Shown here: piece after piece, positions 1 to 11,165 of the stretch | Numbering within the stretch: position 1 is the stretch's first letter | Layout: every line of letters starts with the position of its first letter | Assembly: GCA_963754655.1 (NCBI GenBank) | Contig: CAVWGN010000001.1 | Span: 1,312,001-1,376,000, forward strand | Direction: 5' to 3' | DNA: 64,000 nt | From: an uncultured Chlamydiae bacterium | Lineage (GTDB): Bacteria; Chlamydiota; Chlamydiia; Chlamydiales; Parachlamydiaceae | The notes under the pieces: generated by a model | Told to the model about the DNA's origin: nothing | The model's database searches: none | What the model saw: the letters and a program-made list of their open reading frames with translations, nothing else | Position numbers and translations under genes: made by a program

Positions 1-143
1 GAATGTTAAGCTAATTGATCTAATCAACCCTTAATGTTCATGCGGTAATGATTTAAATCAAGAAGAACTTAGAAAACACATGGAGTACACATGTTGTCAG
101 AAATGACTTTCTTTTGTAGATTTAATCTAAATGTTAAAGGATT

Positions 144-725
144 GTGAAAGTGGCATTAGAAAGAAATCAATATCGTGATGTTCGAAATATTCTAGTTGTA
201 TTAGGAATTGCGGTGATTTGTGCTGGATTGCTAGCTTCGCTACTCCTCTATTATTATGGCCCTTCAGGCCGCTATCTTGCTGGAAATACTCTTTTAGATC
301 CTGCCGTTATAGAACAAATTAATGCTCAAGATCAGCATTCACGGTCAAAAAAGAAGAGTCATTTTATATTTGATCACATTGAGTTCTCCTACTTTGAGTC
401 TCAAAAAAAGCAAATGTCTACTCACGCGATTTCAATAGAGGCTTATCAAGATTTCTATCACATAGTTGCTGTTGAAAAGAGTTTAAAAGATGTCACAAAA
501 GATGTTCAAAATTTTTTTATTACCTCGCGTCCTTCTATTTTGACTATTAATAGACGTACCATAGGAAAAACTGAAAATTCAACAAATCAATTATTTGAAA
601 TTGTGGAATTTGTTCAAGAAGATTATTTTCGCGTTCAATTGCATGAAAAAAATGAGGGAGAATGGGCTTATTTTTATCGGCCTCATCTCTATCAAGACAT
701 CATGCGTTTATTTATTCAATCTTAG
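144..725 (+). CDS. Hypothetical protein with N-terminal membrane anchor
   Basis: 193-aa ORF, GTG start after AAGGA; hydrophobic stretch ILVVLGIAVICAGLLASLLLYYY; directly upstream of the MBL hydrolase-hflX genes. Confidence 0.7.
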   Translation: MKVALERNQYRDVRNILVVLGIAVICAGLLASLLLYYYGPSGRYLAGNTLLDPAVIEQINAQDQHSRSKKKSHFIFDHIEFSYFESQKKQMSTHAISIEAYQDFYHIVAVEKSLKDVTKDVQNFFITSRPSILTINRRTIGKTENSTNQLFEIVEFVQEDYFRVQLHEKNEGEWAYFYRPHLYQDIMRLFIQS

Positions 726-738
726 TGGTTCACTTGTT

Positions 739-1512
739 ATGAAAGGAAAATTAACGTTTTTAGGAACAGGGGGATCGGTAGGTATTCCCGTCATTGGCTG
801 TTCATGCGAGGTTTGCCATTCTAACGATCCATTGAATCAACGACTGCGCCCTTCTGTGCTTTTGCATGTAGGTCAGCGGCAATTTTTGATTGATGCAGGA
901 CCCGATTTTCGCATGCAAGCTCTAAGGCATGGAATTACCAAGTTAGATGGCCTCTTATTGACACATGCTCATCACGATCATACAGCTGGAATAGATGATT
1001 TGCGCCCTATTTACTACCGGCGACAGACTCCTTTGCCTGTGCTTTTGTCATCTGCAACCGCTCAAGAGTTGCAGACGCGCTTCTTCTATTTATTTCAATC
1101 TAACGATGAGACATTTATTTCTCGTTTCCGTTTACAAGTGCTTCCAGACCAGGCAGGATCAGTGATGTTTGAAAATCTTTTGATTCAATATGTGACTTAC
1201 ACACAAGGCAACATGTTGGTGAATGGATATCGTATTGGAGATTTGGCTTATTTATCTGATATCCGCCATTTTTCACCTTCAATTTTTGACGCTTTAGAAG
1301 GAGTGCGCTATCTTATTATTAGCGCTTTACGCTATACTCCTTCTCCATTGCATTTTTCAGTAGATGAAGCAATTGATTTTGCTAAACAATTAAAGGCAGA
1401 TTTAGTTTGGTTGACTCATCTTTCGCATGACCTCGAACATCACCAAACCAGTGCCTATTTGCCTGCTCATATACATTTAGCTTATGATGGATTAGAAATT
1501 GATTTTGACTGA
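739..1512 (+). CDS. MBL-fold metallo-hydrolase (PhnP-like)
   Basis: FLGTGGSVGIPVIGCSCEVC, LIDAGPDFR, THAHHDH metal motif, THLSH, LAYDGL; start moved to ATG 739 because the longer ORF overlaps the upstream gene. Confidence 0.9.
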   Translation: MKGKLTFLGTGGSVGIPVIGCSCEVCHSNDPLNQRLRPSVLLHVGQRQFLIDAGPDFRMQALRHGITKLDGLLLTHAHHDHTAGIDDLRPIYYRRQTPLPVLLSSATAQELQTRFFYLFQSNDETFISRFRLQVLPDQAGSVMFENLLIQYVTYTQGNMLVNGYRIGDLAYLSDIRHFSPSIFDALEGVRYLIISALRYTPSPLHFSVDEAIDFAKQLKADLVWLTHLSHDLEHHQTSAYLPAHIHLAYDGLEIDFD

Positions 1513-1518
1513 GGTTTT

Positions 1519-2844
1519 ATGGAAAACGAAACTGTTACACGTGATGAATCCCATTTAGTTTTACATCAAACGCATGAGATTCCAACGGCTCTTTTAGTCT
1601 CCACTTATCATGGTTCAACACAGCGCAACATTTGCGAAGAACATTTAGAAGAATTGGAGTTGCTTGCCAAAACGTACGGGGTAGACACTGTGCATAAGGA
1701 AGCTTGTAACATCCGCAAATTCAATGCTTCTATTTATGTTGGTAAGGGAAAATTAGAACAACTTGTGCAAATTGCAAATGAAAAGAAAGTAGACTTAGTG
1801 ATTTTTGATGATGAAATTACCCCTGCTCAGCAGAGAAATTTGCAGAAGGCGTTTAATCGAAATGTCATGGATCGCACAGAAATTATTTTAGGAGTATTCG
1901 CGCAGCGCGCCCAGACCAAAGAAGCGCGCTTGCAGATAGAACTTGCACGGATCAAATATGAAGCACCTCGTTTAAAGAGAATGTGGACTCACCTTTCTCG
2001 TCAGCAAGGGACATCAGGGTCAGGAGGGGGAGGAGGAGCCTATTTGAAAGGAGAGGGGGAAAAGCAGATTGAAATTGACCGCCGCATCCTTAAACGCAAA
2101 ATTGATCAGTTGCAAAAAGAAATTCAAGAAGTGCGGGCCCATCGCGAGACTCAGCGCGTTTATCGTCTTCGCTCAGAAATTCCCGTTTTTGGCATTATTG
2201 GCTATACAAATGCTGGAAAATCGACTTTGCTCAATTCATTGACAGATGCAGGCGTTTTTGTGGAAGATAAACTGTTTGCCACGTTAGATACCACGACACG
2301 AAAGTTTACACTTAAAAATAATCAAGAAATTTTACTCATCGATACTGTAGGTTTTATTCGCAAATTGCCGCACTTGCTTGTGGCGGCTTTTAAAAGCACG
2401 TTGGAAGAAGCCATTGAGGCAGATATCTTATTGCACTTAGTGGATGCCAGTCATCCAATGGCTGAGGAACAAGCCGCCACAACGTATGAAGTTTTAAAGG
2501 AATTAAATGCCGGAAACAAGCCCATTGTGACGATTTTGAATAAAATGGACAAAGCTCCAAATCCAAGCCTGATTCATCGTTTACGCATGACTTATCCAAA
2601 AAATCTTCAAATTTCAGCACTGACTCATCAAGGATTTGATGAATTACAAGACATGATGATTCAGGAGTTAAGTCGTCAGCGTCAGCTGATAGAGGTGCGT
2701 ATTCCGCAAAGCGAATATGCAATTGTCAGCGAAATTATGAGAGTGGGCCATATTCTGCACCAAGAATATGAAGAAAATAATGTCGTATTGAAGGTAGATG
2801 TTCCAGCCCCCTTGGCAAATAAATTATCACCTTATCGCCTATGA
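1519..2844 (+). CDS. hflX: GTPase HflX
   Basis: GYTNAGKSTL, FATLDTT, DTVGFI, NKMD G-motifs; AQTKEARLQIELA and glycine-rich GEKQIEIDRR segments. Confidence 0.97.
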   Translation: MENETVTRDESHLVLHQTHEIPTALLVSTYHGSTQRNICEEHLEELELLAKTYGVDTVHKEACNIRKFNASIYVGKGKLEQLVQIANEKKVDLVIFDDEITPAQQRNLQKAFNRNVMDRTEIILGVFAQRAQTKEARLQIELARIKYEAPRLKRMWTHLSRQQGTSGSGGGGGAYLKGEGEKQIEIDRRILKRKIDQLQKEIQEVRAHRETQRVYRLRSEIPVFGIIGYTNAGKSTLLNSLTDAGVFVEDKLFATLDTTTRKFTLKNNQEILLIDTVGFIRKLPHLLVAAFKSTLEEAIEADILLHLVDASHPMAEEQAATTYEVLKELNAGNKPIVTILNKMDKAPNPSLIHRLRMTYPKNLQISALTHQGFDELQDMMIQELSRQRQLIEVRIPQSEYAIVSEIMRVGHILHQEYEENNVVLKVDVPAPLANKLSPYRL

Positions 2845-3527
2845 GCCAATATTCCATTCAACATCTACCAGAAGAAGAGCGTCCTCGAGAAAGACTCATG
2901 CGTTCTGGAGCAGAGTCATTGTCAACATCTGAACTCATTGCCATTATTTTGGGAAGTGGAACTAAAGCAAAGCCGATTTTACAATTAGCTCACGAAATTG
3001 TTGCCCGCTTTGGCGGTTTGCGTCAACTTGCAGAAGCAACCTTGTCTGAATTGTTGGAAATTAAGGGGATAGGAATCGCAAAAGCGATTCAACTCCAAGC
3101 AGCTTTTAATTTAGGGATGCGGGCTTCTAAACAAGTGGTCACTCCTAAGTATCGCATTGAACATCCCTTGCACGCCTATTATCTGCTCAAAGAGGAATTA
3201 GAACATGAAAAGCGCGAACTCTTTGTTGTCATTTTGCAAGACATTAAGGGATATGTCATTTGTCATGAAATTGTCTCCATTGGCAACCTTTCACAAACGC
3301 TTGTTCATCCAAGGGAAGTCTTTTATCCTGCAATACGCCATAAAGCAGCAAGCCTAATTGTGGCTCATAATCATCCAAGCGGAGATCCTACTCCCTCCTC
3401 TCAAGACTTTACATTGACCAAAACCCTTGTGGAAGCAAGCTTATTAATGAGCATTCCCTTGCATGATCACCTGATTATCGGTCAGCAGCGTTATATTTCG
3501 CTTCGTCAAGAAGGCTTTCCTTTTTGA
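2841..3527 (+). CDS. radC: RadC family (JAB domain) protein
   Basis: ERPRERL N-terminus, HhH GIGIAKA, VHPREVF, HNHPSGDPTPS, DHLII; ATGA overlap with hflX stop. Confidence 0.95.
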   Translation: MSQYSIQHLPEEERPRERLMRSGAESLSTSELIAIILGSGTKAKPILQLAHEIVARFGGLRQLAEATLSELLEIKGIGIAKAIQLQAAFNLGMRASKQVVTPKYRIEHPLHAYYLLKEELEHEKRELFVVILQDIKGYVICHEIVSIGNLSQTLVHPREVFYPAIRHKAASLIVAHNHPSGDPTPSSQDFTLTKTLVEASLLMSIPLHDHLIIGQQRYISLRQEGFPF

Positions 3528-3791
3528 CTCTCTTTAATATAAGGGAAAAGAACTCACAATATTTATATTTTTTTGATGTCGTGCCTTGAACTTTTTAAAG
3601 TTGGTCGATTCATTAAGAACCATTTTGGCGCGCTTATTCATTTTTTTACCAGCTGTTCGAAAATATAAATTATTAATTAATATTTACAATTTTATACACA
3701 CTTTCTTATGTGATTTACAAATTCTTTATTTTAAATTATATCTATTTTAATAATATTTCTATTATTTCACCTATACTAATATCTATCTTTC

Positions 3792-3800
3792 TGTTATAAT
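3792..3800 (+). promoter_or_regulatory. Putative extended -10 promoter (TGnTATAAT) of the 2428-aa gene
   Basis: TGTTATAAT 45 bp upstream of the ATG, with a GGAG SD; region is very AT-rich so a chance match is possible. Confidence 0.35.
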
Positions 3801-3845
3801 TTAATTATTAAAATAGCTGATTTAAATTTAATTTCGGGAGTTTCT

Positions 3846-6800
3846 ATGACCATACCTCCAATCCTTCGTAGAGGACACTCATTTTTTAAGCCTGTGAATC
3901 CATCTGAGAGTGTCAAGGGCAAAGCAGACATCCTTCATGAAGCTATTGATCAAACAGCAAAGGAAGTGCTGCCTCCACAAACTGTCCCTTCTAAGACCGA
4001 GATAGAAGGAGGTTGGTGGACTTGGTTATGGGGAACTAAAAAACAAGAGACAGTAAAAGTTCAGGAAGAGGTCGAGGAACTAGAAGAAAAAAATGTTCCC
4101 CTTCAAGTCGGAGATGAAAGTTTTTTGAGTCAAGCAGAGAGTGAAGAGCTTTCTTCTGATGAAGAGGACGACTATGATTTAAATGAATCGACAGATGAAA
4201 ACATTTCTGAAGAATCCGCGGAACAAAAAGAGCAAGTCGAAGAGACGCTTGTCAAAACCTATCAGGCGGCTCAAGCAACGAGATGGCAACGTTTAAAAGG
4301 AGGAGTTGGCAATTTAGCCGCTTGGGCCGCAGCTCCTGGGATAAGAGCATACGCAAGTAGATATAAAGGTAAAGTGGATAAAGAGAAGTCGATTACTGAA
4401 GCGAAAAAACAGATGTTGAACCAAATCCCAGATCCACAGTTTGTTGAATTTTATGATGTGACTAAAGCTGTGATCAGTCCAGCTATTCAAAATCTGCTTG
4501 ATTCGTTTAAAGGAAGCACCGATGTTGCCGCAACTCAATACATTTTGCCTAACCGTGACTTAATTATTGATTTGCTAGAAATTAACTTAGCACGTGGATT
4601 TGTCAATTTAGCGCGTCAGGTCCGACAACATCAAGCTCAAATCCCCAATTATGACAAACAACCTGCTTTGGTCAACATTCTTTCCCTATTGAGTCAAAAA
4701 GCAGGAGCGCATATTGATGCGAAGCAATTGAGCGATTTAGAGGAAAAATATCAGGATGCGCGTAGGGATTTGCTAAATCAAACCCAACAATTGTTTCCAG
4801 GAATTGATCAACAACCCGATATGGAAGAGACCATTCAAAAGTATATTAAAGAATATATCAAATCGACCGATGCGAATAGAAAAAATGTGATTAAACACAA
4901 TTTGTTCCCCAATCTCAATCATGTGGATGACCAAAAGGCAGAAGATATTCAATCCTTTTTTGCAACATTAGACACTCTCCATACAAGAGATCGGGAATTC
5001 CATCAATTATTCAATCGGATTAGTGATGATATTCTCCTTTATTTTTTTCCTAATAAATTTGCAGACATGGAAGCTCCTGGGCTGTTGCAGTATGGATGGA
5101 TTCAAGATCGAATTTATGAGACTTTTATTCGAGATCCTTTCACCAACTTTTTGCAGGAGTCTTTTGAATCTCTAGAAAATGATTCCGTTCGCAATAAGGC
5201 TTGGGAAGATGAATTACAAGCGAAGGTTGGAGCTCCTGACATGAAGACTCTCATCCAAGCGCCTTCTTCTTTACTTACAGCATTTGCTAAGAATTATATT
5301 CAAGCTGATCCAAAAGCCATGCAATTAGTGAGTCAGTCTATAGATGCCTTGATTCATCCCACACCGACAGATAAGGTCAAAAACAGCTTAAAGAATCAGA
5401 CTTCCAAAGATCTTTTAAATCAACTCTCTCAAGAACAGTTAGCCAATTGGATAATCGAATCTGCACAGGCTATTCTTAATACACAAGATCCTAATTTAGA
5501 AGGCTTAGGAAGATTTATTAAACAAGGTGTTAATAACTTGGCTTTAGCTTTAATGGCTAAAGGGGCCACCTTAGTCATTCCTGAAAAGAAAGAGATTGAA
5601 CCTAACGAATTTATTAAAGAGTTTTCAGATCATCTCGTTGGAAAAATCAGTTCTCTGAAAGACGAAGAAATGACACCTCAATTTTGGAAAGATTTTGTTA
5701 AAGATCTTCCTCTCCCGACTTTTGTCAAAGACCTGCTCGTTCCTCATTTAATTGGACATGCACAGAGTCTGCAAGAGCAATTGAATAGCCCAGATCTTCA
5801 AGAAATGCAAAACATTCATGCTGAAGTCGAAAACAAAATTCGCAATTATAAGGGAGGAGAACAGCTTCTTTCTATTACAGAAAAAATCAGCGATCAAATC
5901 ATTGAACAGGTGCTTGAACAAAATATTGGTTTAGTCACTACCCTTGGTTTAGGCGATACAATTGAAGAATTGTTTGCCCAATATTTACCAGAAGTGACCA
6001 TTAACGATGATTTGAAAACATGGTTTAAAGACAATATGAGTGCTTTAGAAGTCACTGAGGAAGGAAAATCGCCTCAGTCTATTGCTTTACTCAAACAAGG
6101 CATTCAGGCTGTATTGCGTAGGGCTATGGTTGATACCATTGAAAAGAACTTCAAAGATGATAGTCAAGACTATGCTGCGCAATTATTGAAGAATTTCCAA
6201 CAGGCATTTCAAAAAGCTTTTGTGGGCTTCGATGCAAAGCAAAGAGAAAAAATTGATCAAGCCCTACAGATTCAAGCTAATATTGAAAAGAAAAATAACG
6301 ATATTGTAGAAATCAAGAAAAAGATTGGCAAAAAGCCTGACGGATTAGAAGCCGCTCAAACTTCTTTAACTGAAGAAGTCCTCAAAGCCAATATTCGCTA
6401 TATTCGAGCTTCAAATTATGTAGAGAGTTTAATTGAAAAAAGGGATGTCCTTCTTGAAAAGTTAAATGAAGGATATGAAAATGCCCCATGGAAAGCTGAA
6501 CAGCTGCCACTTGTGAGTGAAGCGCTTGTTCTACATAATATGGAAGCTCCTAAATATGCAACTCAGAATGATTTTATACAAGAATTAGAGGGGAACATAG
6601 AGGAATATCAAGCAATTGCTAATGATCGAAAATTAACGGATGCTGAAGAGAAAGATTTAGCTCAGCATCAATTGCTTATAGATCTTTTAAAGATGCCCGT
6701 TAGTGAGCTTAAGCTGGTTTCAGATGCTCTCCATACTCATCTCACGCTGCAACATGCCAAAAAAGAGCTAGGGTATTTGAAAGGAGAATTGGACACTAAA

Positions 6801-9800
6801 AAACATGCGGTTGCTAATCTTGAACAAGATCAAATTAAAGATACAAAAGCATGGGAAGATGCAAAGGAATGGATGAATCAGGTGCTCCAAAGTCGCCAAG
6901 AAATTAATCGACTTTCTAAAGAAATTGGAGATTTACAAAATGAATTGGATGATCACTTAGCTGTTTTTCAACTGCTTTCAGAGGAATTAACGGGATTATT
7001 GGGATTAGAAAAAGAAAAATTAGATCTTCCTCCTTATTTGCAGGAGACTGTGTGGCCGTATATTCAGTCGGCAAAAAAGAGTCAGATGGCTCGTTTTTTA
7101 TTCGCCCAAATTTCTCCCTTACTCATCTCGCTGAGTGATATCCAAAAAAATAAAGATCAATTAACTCAGATTGCAAAAGGAGATCCCTTCCTAGGCCAAC
7201 TCATTCATGCAAGCGCTGAAGATGCGATCAGCCGCCTCTCAGATTTTGTGACAAGCTACAAACCTTTTGCTAAGCAAATTCTGATAATGATGGGAGAAGC
7301 CCAGCCAACAGAAGAAGAAATTGGCAGAATGGAAACAGCTCTTAATCAAACTCTTATTGAATTAGGCAAAGAAGGAATAGTCGCTTCTATGCTGAAGCCT
7401 TTAGTGAAAAGCTTAGTCTCAGAAAAAGCAGAGGATACTTTAAGCAAATCTCTTGCCGCAGAAGAAGAGGCTTTAAGCCAGTCTCTTGAGGGATTGATTA
7501 GTCAGGCAGAAGAAATAGAAATTTCAAAAGAAGATATTTTAGATCTGCTTAAAGCAAAAGTCCGAACGGCGAATAAGAAAGAGGAAAAAAAGCTCCAACA
7601 GCATGCTCAAACATTAGCTAAGAATGTTAACCACCTCTTATTAAACCGCGGGAAAACTAAATTAAAACCCGTAGATTTGCTAGAGGCCTATCAAGGTCAA
7701 GTTGAAGGCAATCAAAAAGCGATTCCAGCAGATAAGAAAGAGGGTGTTTTGCAAGCTTTAAAAAATGAGGGCGTTGTAGACAAAATCAAAGCTGTCGTCA
7801 TGACTCCAGAAGAAATCGCGCAAGCTCTCAATGACTCCATTCCAGGAGCTACCGACTTGCATACCCTCATTGCTCCTCAACTTCAAGCTGTCCTTGTGGG
7901 AGACGATCCAACTTTTAAGGAAAATCGTGATGTCTTGCAGCGCTTTTTAGAAGGAACACTCTTACGACTATTTGTCAAAATTGCTGAAGTCAATCAAGGA
8001 CAAGATGTCTTGACTGTTGTCACTCAGAAGTTGAAAGACTTGGCACAGAAGGTCGAGCCTGTGGCGGGACAGAAAACAGAAGAAGTTGCGCGTCAAATGA
8101 TTGATCAAGTCTTAGATGAAGTCTTGGGAATCGCGTCAATGCAAGATTTAGATAGTATTCCACCTGCTCTTAGAAAACTTGCTTATGATAAAATAAAAGA
8201 GCAGGCGTATCAGCAATTGACCCCCTTGATTTTGCCTATCATTGAAAGAGGGCAAAGCCGAACAGAATTGAAAGACCTATCAGGATCAAACTTCTTGGCC
8301 AATTTATGCCAAGCATTATCCAAAGATGTATTTATATTATTGCCTTTCAGTGTTAAGAGCTATCGACCTATTGCAGAGGAACTATTTAAGCTCTTATCCG
8401 TTCCTGATTATCAACCTACAGCTGCAGAAATCGATGATTTTGCAAAAGAAATTGCAACATTAGTTAAGGACAAGAATCTCAAGAATTCTTCGCTTGTAAA
8501 AGCTTATGCCAAGGTTGCAAAACAGCCTTTAGAATCGATAAATCAAGAGGAATTAAAAGCAAAACTCGAAGAGCGTAAAGTCAAAGATGAAATTAACAAT
8601 ATCCTGATGACACCCGAAGATATCGCAGCGGCTATCGGCAAAGGGGTCCCGCATCTCGATGCTAAGCTGCAACAAGCGTTGGCTGATGAGCTGCAAGCAG
8701 TTCTTCATACTGGTTCTGCGGTTTATCAGAATGTATCTGATTTTGCAGGTGCCTATATCGAAGGCGTCTTGTTAAAAGTATTCATTGGTGTAGCAAAGAA
8801 AAATCCTAAGCAAGCAAGCAAAGACACCCTCATTGTTTTAACAGAGAAACTCCTAGATGTTGCGGCTAAGAAATACCAAGAAATGAAGGGTGGCAAAACA
8901 GTTGAAGATGTGACTGAAGAGCTCGATGATGCGATCATGAAGGATATTTTGGGAATTGATTCTCCAGCTGCTTTTGAGGGACTGCCTGATGCTCTGAAAA
9001 TAATCGCTTATGATGCCATTAAAGATCAGCTAGGAGGTCTGCTCCTGAGAATTCACCAAAGCTTATCTACTGTTAAAGGTAGCAATACTCAAGTTCAAGC
9101 AGCAAAAGATAAAGTAAAAAAATATGGCATTGCCGAAGAGGCAACCAAAGGCTATGTTCAAATACTTGCTGAAGATCTCTCTAATATGGTGATGTCATCA
9201 ATTCCCAATGTCTTAACAGAGATAAGTGGAGAAAAGATGAAGGGCGTCATTCAAGTTTCTCAAGGAATAGAAAGCTATTTAGAAGATTTGTCTCGTGGCA
9301 ATCTTGAAATGGCTAAAGTATTGCTTAAGTATACAAAAGCAGATCAATTTCAAAAAATGCTCGGCGATAATCTTGACAAATTGGCTGCTAAAGATCAATT
9401 GGCAGATGATAAGCAACAAGCAGCTGATTTACTGAGCAATCTATTGCTTGAGCCTTTGAGCCAAGTGATTGAGAAAACGATCCAATTTGAAAATGATAAA
9501 GGCGCGCAATTTAATCAACAACTCATGGCTAATTTCTTGAAATTAGGGGCTGGACATTTAAAGAATCTCAATGCAGCTAAGCAATTGGCCGCAAAAGATG
9601 GCCAACCTGTCATTCGTCATCAAGACTTTGTTGCAGCAGTAGGGGATGAATTGCATCCTGGAGTCCCAAAAGAGCCTATCGCTTATCAAAAATCAATTGA
9701 AATCATTGAAGAAAGGCTGTATCGCAAACTCGATCTTGAACAGCAAAAAGCCAGTCAAAAAGTGTATGGCAGGCTAACTCTAGAACAGGCAAAAAAATGG

Positions 9801-11132
9801 GAACAAGAAAAAGGCAACGTGCGGCAATTGATGGCGAGAATGATCCAAATGGAAGGTCACGGAACAAAAGTTCTCACTCTTGATGATTTTATCGAAAAAT
9901 TTGGAGATATTCATTTAACAGTGACAGGTCAAGAGCTTACTCAAGCTCAAAAACGTTCTCTGAAAGCTTCTGATGATAAAGGATTCACTTTAAGAGATGT
10001 CATTCGTCAGGAATCCGAGGCTCCCAATAGTCAACGTCAACAAGAGGCGTATGGTCCAGCGAGTAAGCAAATCATGAACATGCTATTCCCTAATAAAGAG
10101 AATGACTTGACCTTTGTACCAGAAGAATTAAGGAGAACAGTTTGGAAGGCATTTAAGAAAAAGTTATTCCCTGTTGTTCTTCCTATGCTCACTGAAATGA
10201 TCTTAGATCCGGCGCTGATTAATAATATTGTTTTAAATAGTTTGACAGCGACGCGAAATAATTTGGAAGAATCAATCCGCGATATTCAATCAGGAAAAAT
10301 CGTAGAAGAGACAAATCATGAGCCTGCAGATCGCCTTCTGGATGATTTAGACGGAGCGGCTGGAGAATTAATCTTTGAAGTTCTCAACGCCACGACATTG
10401 CCCTCTTGGTTGAAAAAACTTCTATTAGATTCTGAGCAAAAAGGAACATCGGATGCGATGAAAAGAACGTTAGGAGCTTCACTTCGCCAGCAATTTAATG
10501 AGACTTTTATTCAAGATAAATTAAAACTCGCTTTGGAACAAGTTGTCCAACGAATCAATCCTGAAACGGGTGAAGTTGATGCAGCTGGTAAACCGGTCTT
10601 GAGCGTTGATACACGTCCTAGAGAAATCAAAAGGCAAGAAGCAGTTAAGAAAGCTCAACAAGTGCGAGCAGATCTTAAGAAAGTTTCTCGAGAAGTTGTC
10701 AACTTGAGCATTTCTTACTACATTAGCAGTACATGGGCTGCTGCTCAAAAACGTTTTGATGATCTTGTGGAAAAAATATTTGGTAAAGTTGCGCTAAAAG
10801 TTAAGCTTGCCTTAGATAAAGTGTTTGGATTTATTTTCTTCAGGATAATAGGAACAATTGTTTCAGTCATCTTTTGGCCGGTCAAACAGTTAGTAAAAGA
10901 AATGATCTATAGCGTGATTTCATTGGATAAAAATCGCGACGCTTTACTCAGCATGCTTACGGAGGTGCCTTTTGATCAGCCTTTAACAGGCACAAATACA
11001 AACAGTTATCCTGTTTATAATGAAGATCTCATCTTCAAAATGGGTAAGGCTTTAAATGAAACTGTTCAAGAATTTCTTAAAAAGCCTGTATTACCTGTTG
11101 CCACTGATAAAGAAGAAGCGGTCACAAAATAA
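3846..11132 (+). CDS. Giant alpha-helical hypothetical protein (2428 aa) with internal repeats; candidate secreted effector
   Basis: 7.3-kb ORF with SD; acidic low-complexity N-terminus, coiled-coil-like middle, repeated MTPE(E/D)IA...EG.LL..F...LP.AL...AYD.IK units, hydrophobic segment near the C-terminus; no recognisable catalytic motif. Confidence 0.85.
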   Translation: MTIPPILRRGHSFFKPVNPSESVKGKADILHEAIDQTAKEVLPPQTVPSKTEIEGGWWTWLWGTKKQETVKVQEEVEELEEKNVPLQVGDESFLSQAESEELSSDEEDDYDLNESTDENISEESAEQKEQVEETLVKTYQAAQATRWQRLKGGVGNLAAWAAAPGIRAYASRYKGKVDKEKSITEAKKQMLNQIPDPQFVEFYDVTKAVISPAIQNLLDSFKGSTDVAATQYILPNRDLIIDLLEINLARGFVNLARQVRQHQAQIPNYDKQPALVNILSLLSQKAGAHIDAKQLSDLEEKYQDARRDLLNQTQQLFPGIDQQPDMEETIQKYIKEYIKSTDANRKNVIKHNLFPNLNHVDDQKAEDIQSFFATLDTLHTRDREFHQLFNRISDDILLYFFPNKFADMEAPGLLQYGWIQDRIYETFIRDPFTNFLQESFESLENDSVRNKAWEDELQAKVGAPDMKTLIQAPSSLLTAFAKNYIQADPKAMQLVSQSIDALIHPTPTDKVKNSLKNQTSKDLLNQLSQEQLANWIIESAQAILNTQDPNLEGLGRFIKQGVNNLALALMAKGATLVIPEKKEIEPNEFIKEFSDHLVGKISSLKDEEMTPQFWKDFVKDLPLPTFVKDLLVPHLIGHAQSLQEQLNSPDLQEMQNIHAEVENKIRNYKGGEQLLSITEKISDQIIEQVLEQNIGLVTTLGLGDTIEELFAQYLPEVTINDDLKTWFKDNMSALEVTEEGKSPQSIALLKQGIQAVLRRAMVDTIEKNFKDDSQDYAAQLLKNFQQAFQKAFVGFDAKQREKIDQALQIQANIEKKNNDIVEIKKKIGKKPDGLEAAQTSLTEEVLKANIRYIRASNYVESLIEKRDVLLEKLNEGYENAPWKAEQLPLVSEALVLHNMEAPKYATQNDFIQELEGNIEEYQAIANDRKLTDAEEKDLAQHQLLIDLLKMPVSELKLVSDALHTHLTLQHAKKELGYLKGELDTKKHAVANLEQDQIKDTKAWEDAKEWMNQVLQSRQEINRLSKEIGDLQNELDDHLAVFQLLSEELTGLLGLEKEKLDLPPYLQETVWPYIQSAKKSQMARFLFAQISPLLISLSDIQKNKDQLTQIAKGDPFLGQLIHASAEDAISRLSDFVTSYKPFAKQILIMMGEAQPTEEEIGRMETALNQTLIELGKEGIVASMLKPLVKSLVSEKAEDTLSKSLAAEEEALSQSLEGLISQAEEIEISKEDILDLLKAKVRTANKKEEKKLQQHAQTLAKNVNHLLLNRGKTKLKPVDLLEAYQGQVEGNQKAIPADKKEGVLQALKNEGVVDKIKAVVMTPEEIAQALNDSIPGATDLHTLIAPQLQAVLVGDDPTFKENRDVLQRFLEGTLLRLFVKIAEVNQGQDVLTVVTQKLKDLAQKVEPVAGQKTEEVARQMIDQVLDEVLGIASMQDLDSIPPALRKLAYDKIKEQAYQQLTPLILPIIERGQSRTELKDLSGSNFLANLCQALSKDVFILLPFSVKSYRPIAEELFKLLSVPDYQPTAAEIDDFAKEIATLVKDKNLKNSSLVKAYAKVAKQPLESINQEELKAKLEERKVKDEINNILMTPEDIAAAIGKGVPHLDAKLQQALADELQAVLHTGSAVYQNVSDFAGAYIEGVLLKVFIGVAKKNPKQASKDTLIVLTEKLLDVAAKKYQEMKGGKTVEDVTEELDDAIMKDILGIDSPAAFEGLPDALKIIAYDAIKDQLGGLLLRIHQSLSTVKGSNTQVQAAKDKVKKYGIAEEATKGYVQILAEDLSNMVMSSIPNVLTEISGEKMKGVIQVSQGIESYLEDLSRGNLEMAKVLLKYTKADQFQKMLGDNLDKLAAKDQLADDKQQAADLLSNLLLEPLSQVIEKTIQFENDKGAQFNQQLMANFLKLGAGHLKNLNAAKQLAAKDGQPVIRHQDFVAAVGDELHPGVPKEPIAYQKSIEIIEERLYRKLDLEQQKASQKVYGRLTLEQAKKWEQEKGNVRQLMARMIQMEGHGTKVLTLDDFIEKFGDIHLTVTGQELTQAQKRSLKASDDKGFTLRDVIRQESEAPNSQRQQEAYGPASKQIMNMLFPNKENDLTFVPEELRRTVWKAFKKKLFPVVLPMLTEMILDPALINNIVLNSLTATRNNLEESIRDIQSGKIVEETNHEPADRLLDDLDGAAGELIFEVLNATTLPSWLKKLLLDSEQKGTSDAMKRTLGASLRQQFNETFIQDKLKLALEQVVQRINPETGEVDAAGKPVLSVDTRPREIKRQEAVKKAQQVRADLKKVSREVVNLSISYYISSTWAAAQKRFDDLVEKIFGKVALKVKLALDKVFGFIFFRIIGTIVSVIFWPVKQLVKEMIYSVISLDKNRDALLSMLTEVPFDQPLTGTNTNSYPVYNEDLIFKMGKALNETVQEFLKKPVLPVATDKEEAVTK

Positions 11133-11165
11133 GAGACTTTAAATCACCTTACGTATCGGGATCTT

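Noticed and set aside
595..738. Longer start for the MBL hydrolase
   Set aside because: Overlaps the upstream gene by about 130 bp; family similarity begins at MKGKLTFLGTG
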